Source: Octopus sinensis (lineage: Eukaryota). From it: 64,000 bases of DNA. This document shows positions 1 through 10,955 of the stretch, in pieces. The position numbers were made by a program, and so were the translations under genes. The DNA is taken from the NCBI RefSeq assembly GCF_006345805.1, contig NC_043000.1, positions 154,380,001 through 154,444,000 of the forward strand. The letters run 5' to 3'. A model generated the notes under the pieces. That model saw nothing but the letters and a program-made list of their open reading frames with translations, had not been told where the DNA came from and searched no databases. Within the stretch, counting starts at the first letter, position 1, and each line of letters starts with the position of its first letter.

Positions 1-140
1 GGCATCGCCTCGCTAGAGTTCCAGCACTGCTTCGAATAGTGGAAAACGAGTCTGAACTGGTGCATTGCTTCAAATGGAGAATACTCTGAAGGCGATAAAA
101 GTATAAATATGTAAAACTAAGTGAATAAAATGTTTGTTAC
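1..140 (+). mobile_element. mariner transposase C-terminal remnant
   Basis: Translates FQHCFE*WKTSLNWCIASNGEYSEGD, resembling the mariner C-terminal W..R...CI...GEYFEGD motif; cut by window edge and a SINE. Confidence 0.7.
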
Positions 141-400
141 TTCACGAGCCGTGCCTGGCTCATAAGGACCGGTTTCCTGGTTTCCTTGGCGTATAGGTTC
201 CCCACTTGGATGCGACGACGGTCCGTCGCAGGTGAGCTGCAAGATGCAGGAGGAAAGAGTGATAGAAAGTTGTGGCGAAAGAAGTTCGCCATTACCTTCT
301 GCGAGAGCCGCGTGGAGCTTAGGTGTTTCGTTCATAAACACACACATCGCCCGGTCTGAGATTCGAACCCGCGAGTCCTCTGCTCCAACCACTAGTGAAT
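141..400 (-). mobile_element. SINE family C (tRNA-like head), degraded
   Basis: Clear homology to copies at 16740-17017 and 48050-48325. Confidence 0.8.
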
Positions 401-864
401 AAAATAACATTGCAAAATTCCAGTTTCTTTTGGGTTCCCCTCGTACATATATATATAGTAAGAGGAGGGATGTAATATCTAGGCAGATACCGAGTTTCTT
501 TGAGTAAAATGCTAAGACAGGTTCCTTCAGATGGGCATTAAAAAAATTTTTTTTTTTTTTGGCAGCGAGGTAAACTTCCTTTAGCTCCCATCCGATATTA
601 CAGTTTATTCCTTGACTACTTTGAGTGTAAAGTACAATATTGATAATAAAGAGAATGAAGAATTTGAACATTCAAATTTTGTTTATTTCCAATTAGCTTA
701 TTCCTAATAATTCTCTGACACGTATTTCGATCGCACTAACTGCATATTGCGACATGTTTATATGCAGCAATTTATGCATTATTAGTACGATCTCTTCAGG
801 GTAATATAAGTATGACATTGTACGAAGAGGAACATTATTTTCAATATTATACACACACGTATGT

Positions 865-1075
865 ATGTATGTGTGCGTCTTTGTGTCCGCCTCCCTTCCA
901 TCGCTTGACAACCAGTGTTAGTTTGTTTACACCCCTGTAACCAAGCGGTTCAGCAAAAGAGACCGGAAGAATAAGTACCAAGCTTTAAAAAACGAAGTAG
1001 TGCGTCGACGTGTCCGAGTCGGTGCCCCTGCATGGCCACAGTCCAATAACCGAAACAAATAAAAGATAACAGATA
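865..1075 (+). mobile_element. SINE family A, 3' half
   Basis: atcgcttgacaacc...cggttcagcaaaagagacc...gcatggccacagtc matches the 3' half of full copies such as 7580-7990. Confidence 0.75.
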
Positions 1076-1145
1076 CAATCTTAATTACCTGCTTTTATCT
1101 TGTATAAAACCAATAAAAGAAAGCAAAACTTAAACATTATAAAAC

Positions 1146-1830
1146 TAACGTTGTACCCGTTAAAAATGACAGAGTCTTGTTTGAATATGGAATTTATTAT
1201 CAAAACATAAAATACATTATAATGAACAAGTGGATTTTTACGATAATCTTTGTGAAGTCGAGCAGTTTCTCTAACACTGTCTGACTCACAAATTCTTGAA
1301 AACTCCGAATTACATCATCCTTTTTCTGGGTTTCATTTTCTCATACGCTTCCCTTAGCTTTCATTTCTCGCACCAATCGCTGCCATCTTTCATCCAAATC
1401 TTTCATGCGCGTTTTTTTTTTTTACATTACTTTTAAAATATCAAAAGATTTCTTTCCGTGCAATGATAAAAATAGACTACAGGGCAAGTGTTTGGGACCG
1501 AGAATAAAATTCCAATAAATTGATTCAATGAAAAAATAAATCGGTAGCATAGATTCGGAGATTCTCCATATGCAGATGTTATTCCACTAAAATTGTTAGC
1601 AGTGACAGAAACGACAAACTGCAGGATCACAGTAAATGAGATATGTAGAGAAGTGTGTTGTGGAGGAGGCCGGTTGAGAGAGAGAGAAAGAGACAGAGAG
1701 AGAGGGAGAGCGAGAGGGAGAGAGAGACAGACAGATTCAGTATGAGATGAGGCGTTCAAAATAAAAGTAAAATTATTATAAGGACGATAAAAACTGTGAT
1801 TAGTGCTTTGTACGACAGCGATTAGCATTT
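1146..1830 (-). mobile_element. putative non-autonomous Helitron
   Basis: Minus-strand 3' end has a degraded hairpin (ctgtcatttttaacgggt) then acaacgttagt, resembling the hairpin plus CTAG end; 5' end not located. Confidence 0.35.
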
Positions 1831-2046
1831 GCCTTTTCCTTTAATCCATGTTTTAATTTTCTTCCTTGCCCATCCTTTTAATATCATCATCATCATCATC
1901 ATCATTATCATCAAGTCGATGCCAACTGGGAAACTCGGACTATCATACAGCCTTTCTGAAACGGAAATTGGAGCATCGGGTGAGAGGACGTTCGCTACTG
2001 CTACTCTTAAAACTCGTTCAAATACGACTCTTGCTTTCATTCACTA

Positions 2047-2265
2047 TAAGGCGACGAGCTGACAGAATCGTTAGCACACCGGACAAAATGCATAGTGACA
2101 TTTCGTCCGTGTTTACGTTCTGAGTTCAAAATTCGCCAACGTCGACTTTGCTTTTCATCCTATCGAAGTCGATGAATTAAGGACCAGTTGAGTACTGGGA
2201 TCGATATAATCATCTTACCTTTTCCTTTAAAATTGTTGGCCTTGTGTCAAAATTTGAAACCGATA
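2047..2265 (+). mobile_element. SINE family B
   Basis: ggcgacgagctgacagaatcgttagcac head and gtcgactttgcttttcatcc central domain. Confidence 0.85.
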
Positions 2266-2393
2266 TACTGCCAGCATATGTTTAACATATGTTTCCAGAC
2301 GTTAAAATCGACTTCATTGTAATCACTGATGTGAATAGCCATGTAAAAATAATATTACAGTATCATCAGTTATTACAAGGCGAAACTTATATC

Positions 2394-2431
<38 letters not shown>

Positions 2432-2438
<7 letters not shown>

Positions 2439-2720
2439 AAATATTAGGGAATAAATCCAAACTTACAGGGAAAAATCAGATTTAGGATTGAATCCAATTT
2501 TATAGTAAAATATTATATTATATTAAATTAGAGATAAAACCACTATTAGGCAAATCATACAATGAAAAACTTAAGCCAATACATAAGATTAATTAATTTA
2601 TATTATTTAAATATATATCAAAATTATTAAAAAAGATAATTAGTATAACACTACGATCGTTTCATGGCTGTCCAATTCTTAAAATTTCGAGTTACAGTCA
2701 TTCTTCAGGTGGTTTAAATA
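2432..2720 (-). mobile_element. (TA)n-anchored non-coding element with hammerhead motif (Penelope-like derivative)
   Basis: Abuts (TA)n; shares ccaaacttacagggaaaa with the element at 60170-60580; contains an HHR motif. Confidence 0.6.
2646..2714 (-). ncRNA. type I hammerhead ribozyme motif
   Basis: Minus strand: CUGAAGA, stem II AUGACUGU/ACAGCCAU, GAAA, palindromic stem III ACGAUCGU, GUA triplet, short stem I. Confidence 0.6.
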
Positions 2721-2727
2721 TATATAA

Positions 2728-2880
2728 GCAAGGGGTGCAGAAAAGTTCTTGGCTTTAAAGGTGTCATGAAAGGCATGGCTGGAGGTCCAAACTTCCGAGT
2801 TCTTTTAAAGGGCTTAGAAAAACTGAAGGGACTGTACAATAAGTGTGTGAATCTGAGAGGGGAATATGTTCAATAAAATC
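2728..2880 (+). mobile_element. internally deleted mariner derivative
   Basis: aggggtgcagaaaagttcttggc TIR-like start; tgtgtgaatctgagaggggaatatgttcaataa (KCVNLRGEYVQ*) is a mariner C-terminus. Confidence 0.6.
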
Positions 2881-2884
2881 CTCT

Positions 2885-3665
2885 TTCACTTCAATGCTCG
2901 AAATAATGGTCCTATAAACACCCAGTTGGTCCTCCATCAGTTTGTGTTCGTTATCAGCTACATACGCCGTCATTTCCTCGATGTCGTAGCTGATTTCTCG
3001 CAGGTACTCAATTGCAAGATTGTTTGCTGCCTGCTCCGATTGAGGCAGACCAAATGTGGCAATACCTTAACTTCCTATAGCTTGCTGTCGGGTGGCCAGG
3101 TCAAGTAATGCCTCATTGTAAATGGCGTTTTTAAACGTGGCAATTTCCCACTGAGGTTTACCTTTGAATATCCTTTGTAGGATGTCCTCTGCCATGCTGG
3201 TTTTGTGGGTTACCCAAAGCTTGAGAGGTTCACCCAAACCACATGTCATCGGCAAACAGATCATATTGGCATAATTTGAAGAAAGCTGTCAAAGTGCTTT
3301 CTGGTAGATTCAGAACGTCTCGAGTATTGTCTTCTGTGAAATATACACACTGGCCATTTTCCAGATGTACATGTAGATTCCCCACTGCTGGATGTCGCTC
3401 GTGGATTTCGAAGCCCAGGTTGCGTCACATTCCCTCGTTAGAAGAAATATACCTGCCCAACTTATATTGCTGAATTTCATCTGCCTGTTTGCCCTCCTGT
3501 TCAAGTCCCAAAACCACCATATCTGAGCCCTTGTTGATGTATTTACATACATATTTAATACTTTTCATAGAGTTGCATGATTCAACATAAACATGGGCCT
3601 GCAATGTTTTAGACAGAAATGGGTTGTAGGGTACGATCCACTTGTGGTCAGTTTCCATCCCTTGA
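2885..3665 (-). pseudogene. Helitron Rep/helicase fragment, frameshifted and internally deleted
   Basis: DHKWIVPYNPFLSKTLQAHVYVESCNSMKSIKYVCKYINKGSD and EIQQYKLGRYISSNE match Helitron Rep motifs; PLKLWVTHKTSMAEDIL and KLMEDQLGVYRTII match the region leading into the Pif1 helicase. Confidence 0.9.
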
Positions 3666-3724
3666 CCATTAACTTTGAGCTTTATTAAAGAAAAAGCTCC
3701 TCCTTTCTCTCCCCGTTCTCGCTC

Positions 3725-3815
3725 ACTCTCTCTCTCTCTCTCTCTCTCTTTCCCTCTCTCTCTCTCTCTTTCCCTCTCTCTCTCTCTCTTTCCCTCTCTC
3801 TCTCACACACACACA
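3725..3815. repeat. (CT)n/(CA)n compound microsatellite
   Basis: Direct reading. Confidence 0.95.
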
Positions 3816-4974
3816 CACCGCGGCTAATATCAATGTATAAATGTGTAGAACATGCAAGTATCTCTTTAGTTGTAAGTTGAAATCCTAACGTGGTCAACTC
3901 TCGGCAAATAATTACCAGAATCTCTCTTGTAACCAGTTGGGTAATCGAAGATATCCGGACGAAACTTATTACCGGTAACTCTACGCAAATTCAATTATCT
4001 TCTAACATTTATTTGACTTAAATACTTAATTTTGTTGACGTCAAACCAAAGGGTGTTTTAACCCAATATTTACATGCTATTATTTATGGTTTCATCTGAT
4101 TCGAGATCCGCTGTTCCAAGAAAGAATTTGATATTGAGTTTTTGGAAAATTAAGCAGCCAGTGCAGGGTTCATTTTAATAATTGAAAACCCCATCCTTTC
4201 CCTTGGTCCAAATATTAAATCTGTCCAAAATGATTTTGCTTTTTACTCCTCCACAATAAAAAGCGAAGTCATTTTGGCCTGATTAAAAGTCATCTCCGGG
4301 TAAATTTCGTAGCAATGATATGCTGAGTCAATAAAATCCCCCATCAACCCCTCAATGCCTTATTTTAATGTGTGAAGCCATTGTTTAGTCTAAAGAAAGA
4401 AAACATATGACATTTCAAGCGAACCCACTTTCTTACTACTAGGATTGATGCTTTTAGGAAATACATAGTTTAGATAATTGCATGAATAATGTAGTTCTGA
4501 GGAAGACGGATTGAGTAAAGTGTTTAGAACGGAATTTGGTGGATAAGACAAAAAAAGGACGGCAGAGGGAGAGATAGGTACACCAGATAGTACATAATTT
4601 GGTAGTTCAGAGGAGTAGAAGCCTCTGAGCTAGCAAATTGTGGATTTTCTGATGCACCCGCAGCCTTCACATTTCTTGTCCAATTTGCATCCAACACAAG
4701 ACAGTACACACTAGGTAAAAATTATTTCTTTCAATTCCACCAGGTTAACTACTGAGCGTGCATGCACGCACGCATGCACGAACACTGGTGCGTCTGCTAA
4801 GTGCGTACATCCGGTCGTTTCAAATCAGCAGTCACCGGCCTTGACAATGTCCCTTTTATTATCTTTGAAAAGAAAAAGAACCCCGAGGCTGCCCCGAAAC
4901 TCACATAACACACGCTCTCCCCTTTCTTCTCTCTCTCTCTCACTTTCTCCCTCCACTCGCTGGATCTTTTCCAA

Positions 4975-5250
4975 TACAGTAATCTACCGCCATATCGCGG
5001 TTCACCTATCGCGGTTCATCTATCGCGGTTCACTTATCGTGGTTCATCTATCGCGGTTTATTATTTAAGCTTACGTCGCTTCCTCCGCGGTGTTGTTTTG
5101 TATTCATAATAAAATAAATATATACAAATTATAAAAATAATTAAAAAAATATACCGTACAATACTGTTTCTACTTCGCGGATTTTCACCTATCGCGGGGG
5201 TGTTTTGGAACGTAGCACCCAACTCCCGCGATAGTCGAGGGATTACTGTA
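4975..5250. mobile_element. Tigger/pogo-type MITE
   Basis: Ends TACAGTAATC ... GATTACTGTA (TA TSD plus CAGT TIR); internal tandem copies of tatcgcggttca. Confidence 0.8.
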
Positions 5251-5501
5251 TTTGGAACACGCTGACATATGTCTGATTCTCAAAAAGGCAAACTCCTTAA
5301 AACCCACCACCTACAGTCCTATCACACTCTGTTTCATTATCTCAGAAGTAGTAGAGAAAGCTATTAACAATAACTTTCTTCAACACGTTGAATCCCTATC
5401 TCTTTTTAATGAGCACCATTACGGTTTTTGTGTGAAGTTAAGATCTACTGGAGACCGACTCAACCAACATCAACAACCAACATCAACAAACCTTTCGATT
5501 A

Positions 5502-5939
5502 TCTCTATATATAAACGGCAGTTTGTCTGTCTGTGTGTCTGTGTGTCTGTCAGGTTGTACCCTCACCCTGACTACGGCTTTCAACCGATTCTGATGAAAC
5601 TTGACACACACATAGCCCAATGTCATAATTCAAAACTAACGCAGCGAAAACTTTGAAAAGTTCCCCCAGTTCTGAAAAAGATCGATAAATTCGACATGGG
5701 GTCGAGAATCTAAGCTTTTTATATGCAACACATTTTCTGTCTAGGGGACACAACTCGACCTTCTTATCGCCCAAAGGGACAGCTAGGAACATCGTATACA
5801 CAGAAGTATTCGAGTGAAGAGAAGATATTGCAACCTGCACATGCGCCTTCGTTCCCAAGAGGGAAAGGACTAGATTGGGATTAGTCGTTGCCTACTAGGG
5901 GCTCTTACATACCCGGGCAATGCCGGGCTATGCTGCTAG
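5502..5939 (+). mobile_element. non-autonomous Helitron
   Basis: 5' TCTCTATATATAAA; 3' hairpin cccgggcaatgccggg then CTAG; inserted between A5501 and T5940 with no TSD. Confidence 0.85.
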
Positions 5940-6746
5940 TGTCTAATATGTCTCTTGTCAAAACTGTCCGCCCGTAGGCTCCTTTCGTCTCTGATAGGGC
6001 TTTCCCTAACATCGACTCTGATGTTCCCTAAAGTTATATTTTGACCCCACATTCCCCATATACATCAACGGAGTACCAGCAGGCACCTCTAACGATGCCC
6101 ATAACGCAGATGACACCGTCTTTCTTTCCACATGAGCTTTCCACATGCAAGTGCCTTCCATATGCAACCTAGACACCTCACTTCGATATTTTAGAGATCT
6201 CTACTCCATGAGTAACGGTGACGTGGTGATCTTATCTCTTTCAACAGTAATAAAATAGGGTTACTGCACGTATCATGAAAACATTATCACATTTAATACC
6301 TCCACAATAAAGAATGAACAGTCCACAACTAGAATCATTACGACCACTTCAAAAACTAGTCCTCACACTCTCTGAGGACCTCGCCTGGTGAATGCAGTCT
6401 CAACACAGAAACGACTACCTCTCTAACATTGCTATTTCTCTTCACAGTAGAAAATACTTCATTCCCCATTAACTACTGCACCTCTTCAAAGCTTAAGTAA
6501 GGTTCATAACGAACATTTGGGACAGTATTGCTGCTATGTACGCAGACATCTGACACTGCATCTAATGAAATGCTACACGACTGGTTAGTCATGAAGCCAC
6601 TCACAAAACCACTCCAGCCTCTGCTTCATATATTTACTGTTGTCTCTTTTCTTTATCGTTTCTAAAGCTACTACAATAGCCCCTACTGCTCGAAGCATTT
6701 ACTCGTCTCTTTCACTTCCCCTCATAACCTATATTGTGTCCTTCAC

Positions 6747-6979
6747 AAGGCGGCGAGCTGGTAGAAACGTTAGCACGCCGGGCGAAATTCGTAGCAGTAT
6801 TTCGTCTGTCGTTACGTTCCGAGTTCAAATTCCGCCGAGGTCGACTTTGCCTTTCATCCTTTCGGGGTCGATAAATTAAGTACCAGTTACGCACTGGGGT
6901 CGATGTAATCGACTTAATCCCTTTGTCTGTCCTTGTTTGTCCCCTCTATGTTTAGCCCCTTGTGGGTAGTAAAGAAATA
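6747..6979 (+). mobile_element. SINE family B, full monomer with 17-bp TSD
   Basis: TSD tatattgtgtccttcac at 6730-6746 and 6980-6996; central domain gtcgactttgcctttcatcctttcggggtcgataaattaagtacc resembles the Meta-SINE domain (from memory). Confidence 0.92.
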
Positions 6980-7579
6980 TATATTGTGTCCTTCACTCTA
7001 GGCCCTGCACTAACCACTACACATGGTCCTTCACAGAACACCGGCCTTCTGGAATTACTTTCCTGAACCTATCTTTTCTGCAGTTGTCGACTTGCTACAG
7101 TTTAAGCGAGATGTTAATGACCTCGACCGCATCGGCAACAGAGCGCCTGCAGAGGCTTTAAGTGCTGACCTCACTGCCATGTTTAATAAAAAAAAGAATA
7201 GATGTTTGTGTGTGTAGCAGCTGCAATACACACAAACATATGTTTGAAGTACAGTGATATAGGTCACACTTTAGCTTTTTAGAGGGTTATCAACCGATTA
7301 AGAGCTAGAGTATTTTCTGACTGTACAATTTCGGCAATACTATTCGTTACTATTCGAAAAAAAAAAGACAACTTTTGAGTACCGACTGGTAACAATATGG
7401 TAATGTACTTAACATCATTAATGATATTACAAAACTTAAACCTAAGTCAAAGTACATAACTAGCACTTCATATTTAACGATTTGTCTACCAAGCCCATTT
7501 TGTGCCATATTTGCTTTTGTACGAACGGTCTAATTTTGTTATAAATTATGCATAAAAATTTTTTTTAACTATATATATA

Positions 7580-7990
7580 GGCGCGGGAATGGCTGTGTGG
7601 TAAGTAGCTTGCTTACCAGCCACATGGTTCCGGGTTCAGTCCCACTGCATGGCACTTTGGGCAAATGCCTTCTGCTATAGCCTCGGGCCGACCAAAGCCT
7701 TGTGAGTGGATTTGGTAGACGGAAACTGAAAGAAGCTCGTCGTATATATGTATGTATATATATGTGTGTGTTTGAGTGTCCGTGTTTGTCCCCCCAACAT
7801 CGCTTGACAACCGATGCTGGTGTGTTTGCGTCCCTGTAACTTAGCGGTTCGACAAAAGAGACCAATAGAATAAGTACTAGGCTAACAAAAGAATAAGTCC
7901 CGGGGTCGATTTGCTCGACTAAAGGCGGTGCTCCAGCATGGCCGCAGTCAAATGACTGAAACAAGTAAATGAGTAAAAGAGTAAAAGAGT
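7580..7990 (+). mobile_element. SINE family A, full length (CORE-type tRNA SINE resembling octopus OR SINEs)
   Basis: tRNA-like A/B boxes (tggctgtgtggtaag; ggttccgggttcagtccc), CORE-like ggcactttgggcaaatgccttctgctatagcc, internal (TA)/(TG) repeat, (agtaaaag)n tail. Confidence 0.92.
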
Positions 7991-8758
7991 ATATATACTG
8001 AAATTCACTATATAAACTACCTCTTTGATTTATAGCATGAATACCACTGGTGACTCCTGTAGTACAGAACGAATATTATAGTCGTTATATTCATTCTGTA
8101 CTGCGGGAATCATCAGTGATACCCATGGTAGATAAAGTGTTACAGAAAGAATTTCACATAATCTCATTTACCTTTTGCATTTCCCCCACTTTTTATTTTC
8201 TGCCGAGAGAGAAATTATGAAGAACGTTCACTACGCATGTGTGAACAGCGGAAAACGTAATCCTGTAATATTTCTCTTGTGTAATGTTTGTCTGCCACAT
8301 ATGGTAGGTATTTCTCTTAATTTGATTTAATTTGCTCCTTAAATGTTGTTGTTGTGACATTATTGAATATCTGGACAGAACTCGACACTTCTCTCTTCAT
8401 AGGAGTGTCTGCAGCAACATGTAAGCCAGAAAACGAAATAAAACGAACGTACTTGTAGAATAATAATTTGAAGCTCATATTAGCAACTTGAGAATTTTCA
8501 TAACCAATAAGTGTAGTTATAAAAACCAAACGGAATGCATGCAATGTAGTAATGTAATGTAGTTACTTTTCTTCCGCCCGAATTTTTGTCAAGCTTCTAG
8601 AGTAAAAACTTAGAAGTTATGTAGCTAGAAGTTAAAGATTTGTGGGCTGTATACATATTTATGAAAGTGGAGAGATTAATTAGGATATTTGTTGAGAGTG
8701 TAACAGGGTAACTGAAGGTCTTAGCAAAATAATTGTGCTTTCAGACCTTATCGAAATA

Positions 8759-9155
8759 TAATCTTTTAATCTTTCTAATCTTTTACTTGTTTCAGTCATT
8801 TGACTGCGGCCACGCTGGAGCACCGCCTTTACTCGAGCAAATCGACCCCGGGACTTATTCTTTGTAAGCCCAGTACTTATTCTATCGGTCTCTTTTGCCG
8901 AACCGCTAAGTGACGGTTGTCAAGCAGTGCTAGGGGGACAAACACAGACACACAAACACACACATACATATATATATATATACATATATACGACAGGCTT
9001 CTTTCAGTTTCCGTCTACCAAATCCACTCACAAGGCTTTGGTCGGCCCGAGGCTATAGTAGAAGACACTTGCCCAAGGTGCCACGCAGTGGGACTGAACC
9101 CGTAACCATGTGGTTGGTAAGCAAGCTACTTACCACACAGCCACTCCTGCGCCTA
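8759..9155 (-). mobile_element. SINE family A, flanked by a ~112-bp direct duplication
   Basis: Homology to other copies; flanks 8647-8758 and 9156-9266 are near-identical. Confidence 0.92.
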
Positions 9156-9478
9156 CTGTATACATATTTATGAAAGTGGAGAGATTAATTAGGATATTTG
9201 TTGAGAGTGTACAGGGTAACTGAAGGTCTTAGCAAAATAATTGTGCTTTCAGACCTTATCGAAATACGTTTAATTTTTACAAAAAAAAAAGAAGAAAAAC
9301 CTTTGTTTTTCTACCCTCCTCAAAATCTGCAGCTGAAACAAAACTATTTCTAATATAGACACTGGATGAGAAATTAGGGGAGGGGGGGTGAAGGGCAAAA
9401 TTGACTCGGCGGGATTTACACTCAGAACGTAAAGAACTGGTGCAATTACAGCAGAACAGTTCATCCAATGCTCTAACG

Positions 9479-9679
9479 TAGTGCTTTTCAAACTTTTTGC
9501 TGGAGCGGAACCCCAAGGAAACATTCCACTGGCTCAAGGAACCCCTGTGCAATAATTTAATAGTCTTATGCACACATATCTGCACAGGAGAATTAAAAAT
9601 TACTGCCGATTTTAGCAGTTTTGTAACTTCTTGCGGAACCCCTGCACTGTACTGGCGGAACCCTGGTTGAAAACCACTG
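9479..9679. mobile_element. hAT (Charlie-type) MITE
   Basis: TIRs (t)agtgcttttcaaac / gttgaaaaccactg; 8-bp TSD ctctaacg; reverse-complement copy at 62291-62491. Confidence 0.9.
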
Positions 9680-10109
9680 CTCTAACGCATTTACCAATGA
9701 ACTAAAATCGAGACGGATTTTAACGATAGAGTAACGTTAAGGATGCAATTAATACTGATTTCTAACAAGGAAAGGACGCAAATGTTTCAGGCGTGTGTGT
9801 ATACGCTGGAAGATCGATACCAGTATTTGACTGGTATCATTTCATTACCCTTAGAAGGATTTAGACTTTGGACATAATTAGTATTGCCCATGTAATCGAC
9901 TTCCTAAAGACAATAGGCATTTCTGATCGGCGAAAACCGATGGTTGGAGACTGTCAGAGTTTGTGGTCTATCGTTGACCCAATACAACAAATGAAGTGTT
10001 CAATCTGCTGGCAAACAAAACCAAACAACTTCCATGTCGAGCATATTTTCAAATATGCTCGACCTTCTAGCAAAAAACGTTATATAACAATGATTCAAAT
10101 TTTGGCACA

Positions 10110-10290
10110 AGGCCAGTAATTTTTGGGGACGGGGTAAGTCGATTACTGGTATTTATTTTATCGACCCGGAAAGGATTAAAGGCAACGTTGACCTCGGCGG
10201 AATTTGAACTCAGAACATGAAGACGGCCGAAATGCTTGCTACGCAGTTTGCCCGGCGTGCAAGCGATTCTGCCTGCTCGCCAGCTTACAG
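10110..10290 (-). mobile_element. SINE family B
   Basis: Reverse complement of head and central domain. Confidence 0.8.
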
Positions 10291-10764
10291 CGTTATATAA
10301 CATTAACAAAAACAAACATTTTGACCAGACTACCGCAAACTGATCCTATATATATATATTGATAATCATAGGCTTGATCTGTTAGTTGTAAAAATTCTAG
10401 TCACTGTACCAACGTCAGAACGGATTCTAGAATTAACCGTAGTGGCATCTGCTTCAAGCATCCCTTCCCGCCTTCAGATACACAAGGGACACTTGTATAT
10501 TTGAGGGAAAGAAGAGATGTTTTTGTTACATAGTCGTGTGAACCTGAAAAAAAACATTTCGAGACTGGAGACATTAGGAAGGCAGTGGAGCTTAACCAAA
10601 GGAACATATATTAGAAATGTGACAACTCGGAACCCCTGTATTTTGCGCTTTCCCCTAAAGATGACAAAAACTAATGAGAAATGCAGATTACAATATTAAC
10701 GGATTTCTAGGTGTCTATGAGAAACTAAAAGGAAAAAATCAAAACGACACCACCAACACAACCA

Positions 10765-10796
10765 ACAACTACAACAACAACAACAACAACAACAAC

Positions 10797-10848
<52 letters not shown>

Positions 10849-10895
10849 TCTGGTTTATTGGCCACTAGGGCTAATATAAAATCCCAAAACATGAA

Positions 10896-10938
<43 letters not shown>

Positions 10939-10955
10939 TGATGATGATGATGATT
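10765..10955. repeat. (CAA)n-(TAA)n-(TGA)n compound microsatellite containing a short LINE 3' end
   Basis: Direct reading. Confidence 0.95.

Larger units (their letters stand above)
5252..7200 (+). pseudogene. CR1/L2-like LINE reverse transcriptase, decayed, interrupted by a Helitron MITE and a SINE
   Basis: LKPTTYSPITLCFIISEVVEKAINNNFLQHVESLSLFNEHHYGF..RSTGDRL; later FPIYING...NADDTV; C-terminal RTPAFWNYFPEPIF..DLLQFKRDVN; A-rich end at ~7190. Confidence 0.8.

Noticed and set aside
117-671. 184-aa ORF
   Set aside because: Runs across a SINE-C copy and AT-rich flank; no recognisable domain
7569-7964. Recurrent ORFs such as MSSDVGGTNTDTQT and RRASFSFRLPNPLTRLWSARGYSRRHLPK
   Set aside because: Antisense translations of SINE family A, repeated at every copy; not a gene family
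8207-8420. Possible exons on either strand with good-looking splice sites
   Set aside because: Peptides are unrecognisable, and such sites arise often by chance in AT-rich DNA
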